Assembly: GCF_001644705.1 (NCBI RefSeq)
Contig: NZ_CP015137.1
Coordinates: 2,370,001-2,402,000 of the forward strand
Source of the DNA: Dickeya solani IPO 2222
GTDB lineage: Bacteria > Pseudomonadota > Gammaproteobacteria > Enterobacterales > Enterobacteriaceae
Length of the DNA: 32,000 nucleotides
Direction of reading: 5' to 3'
Under the pieces are notes generated by a model. It was not told where the DNA came from. It was given only the letters and a program-made list of their open reading frames with translations, and did not search any database. Shown here piece after piece: positions 30,696 to 32,000 of the stretch (the stretch's first letter is position 1; the number at the start of each line of letters is the position of its first letter). The position numbers were made by a program, and so were the translations under genes.

Positions 30696-31235
30696 ATGAA
30701 AGCATTAATATTGTTTTCCAGTCGGGATGGTCAAACGCGTGCGATAGCGTCTTACATCGCCAATAACCTCAAAGGGACGTTAGAGTGTGATGTTGTCAAT
30801 ATTCTGAGCGCCCATGAGGTCGATCTCGACAAGTACGACAAGGTGATGATCGGCGCGTCAGTACGCTACGGGCATTTTCATCCGGTTCTGGAAAAATTCA
30901 TCCGTCAGCACCTTACCTTGCTACAGCAAAAGCCCAGTGCCTTCTTCTCTGTCAACCTGACCGCCCGCAAGCCGGAAAAGCGTTCGCTGCAAACCAACGC
31001 GTATACCCGTAAATTCCTGTTGCGTTCTCCCTGGCAACCGGATTTGGGAGCGGTCTTTGCCGGCGCGTTGCGTTACCCGCGCTACCGCTGGTTCGACCGA
31101 GTCATGATTCAATTCATTATGCGTATGACCGGTGGCGAAACCGACAGTACCAAAGAAATTGAGTATACCGATTGGGAACAGGTGGCGCGTTTCGCCCAGT
31201 CTTTTGGTCAGCTCACCCAGAAAAAGGCGGTGTAA
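30696..31235 (+). CDS. hemG: Menaquinone-dependent protoporphyrinogen IX dehydrogenase (flavodoxin-like)
   Basis: The 179-aa ORF contains [45 protein letters not shown] and GGETD. It is colinear with E. coli HemG and has the same position upstream of an rrn operon. Confidence 0.93.
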   Translation: MKALILFSSRDGQTRAIASYIANNLKGTLECDVVNILSAHEVDLDKYDKVMIGASVRYGHFHPVLEKFIRQHLTLLQQKPSAFFSVNLTARKPEKRSLQTNAYTRKFLLRSPWQPDLGAVFAGALRYPRYRWFDRVMIQFIMRMTGGETDSTKEIEYTDWEQVARFAQSFGQLTQKKAV

Positions 31236-31298
31236 TGCGGCTTACAGCAGTGTGATGGCGAAAAAAGAGACATTCGGAAGCTTTTTTGAAATTAGTGC

Positions 31299-31326
31299 TT
31301 GTCAGCGTCGGGGAACTCCCTATAAT
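31299..31326 (+). promoter_or_regulatory. rRNA operon promoter P1
   Basis: CTTGTCAGCGTCGGGGAACTCCCTATAATGCGCC contains -35 TTGTCA (31299-31304), a 16-bp spacer, -10 TATAAT (31321-31326) and a GCGC discriminator. It closely matches E. coli rrn P1. An A/T-rich UP-like tract lies just upstream (31281-31296). Confidence 0.82.
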
Positions 31327-31396
31327 GCGCCTCCACTGACACGGCAACAGCGGAAACGCAGCGCGGTGTCAGGCAGGGAAAACGAGAAAAAAGTCG

Positions 31397-31424
31397 TTGA
31401 CTCTGCAGGAGGAAAGCGTAGTAT
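31397..31424 (+). promoter_or_regulatory. rRNA operon promoter P2
   Basis: The -35 is TTGACT (31397-31402), the spacer is 16 bp and the -10 is TAGTAT (31419-31424), followed by a GC-rich discriminator. The spacing from P1 (about 100 bp) matches E. coli rrn operons. Confidence 0.72.
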
Positions 31425-31462
31425 ACGCCACCTCGCGACAGCAGGCTGCAAGCCGGTCGCAC

Positions 31463-31475
31463 CGCTCTTTAACAA
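31463..31475 (+). promoter_or_regulatory. rrn leader boxA antitermination element
   Basis: CGCTCTTTAACAA compares with E. coli boxA TGCTCTTTAACAA. It lies in the leader between P2 and the mature 16S 5' end. Confidence 0.82.
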
Positions 31476-31618
31476 TCAATCAGACAATCTGTGTGGGCAC
31501 TCGCAGGACACTTCACTAAAAAATTATGTGAAAGTCTTGAAGAGTGACAACAGTTAATTCATATGAACTAACAGTAAATTCTTTGAGCACCGCTTCTTCG
31601 GAAGCAGCATCAAACTTT

Positions 31619-32000
<382 letters not shown>

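Noticed and set aside
31132-31557. A 141-aa ORF downstream of, and overlapping, the hemG 3' end.
   Set aside because: It spans the rrn P1 and P2 promoters, boxA and the leader, which closely match the E. coli rrn control region. It is not a coding sequence.

Overview
This window is a conserved chromosomal core segment of a gamma-proteobacterial Enterobacterales genome. The 16S 5' end and the gene order look Pectobacteriaceae-like (Dickeya or Brenneria), but I cannot confirm that without a database search. Nearly every long ORF matches a well-known housekeeping gene that I recognise from its translation. The order is: lysR-family regulator (5' part, -), EamA/DMT transporter (+), ppc (-), argE (-), argC-argB-argH (+), rmuC, ubiE-ubiJ-ubiB, tatA-tatB-tatC, tatD, hemB (all +), rfaH (-), ubiD, fre (+), a four-gene sulfur module, fadA-fadB (-), pepQ-yigZ-trkH-hemG (+), then the rrn P1/P2 promoters, boxA and the first 382 nt of a 16S rRNA. 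Several regulatory sites can be read directly: ARG boxes between argE and argC, a perfect FadR operator upstream of fadB, rrn P1/P2 plus boxA, and several clean rho-independent terminators. I found no tRNA, CRISPR array, IS element, integrase or prophage gene. The only clearly accessory block lies at about 20.5-23.7 kb, between fre and fadA, which are adjacent in E. coli K-12. It consists of a CoA-disulfide-reductase/rhodanese fusion transcribed divergently from an ArsR-family regulator, followed by two half-size YeeE/YedE membrane proteins. The regulator has the two-cysteine spacing of the BigR/SqrR persulfide sensors. This is the best candidate for a 'system' here, but its parts belong to known families, so I rate it as an interesting, probably uncharacterised local variant rather than a new class. 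The other observations are small: structured spacers, palindromes, short repeats, an Asp-rich (non-zinc) hemB, and synteny junctions. They are scored modestly. Many long antisense ORFs in the track are artefacts of GC-rich sequence.
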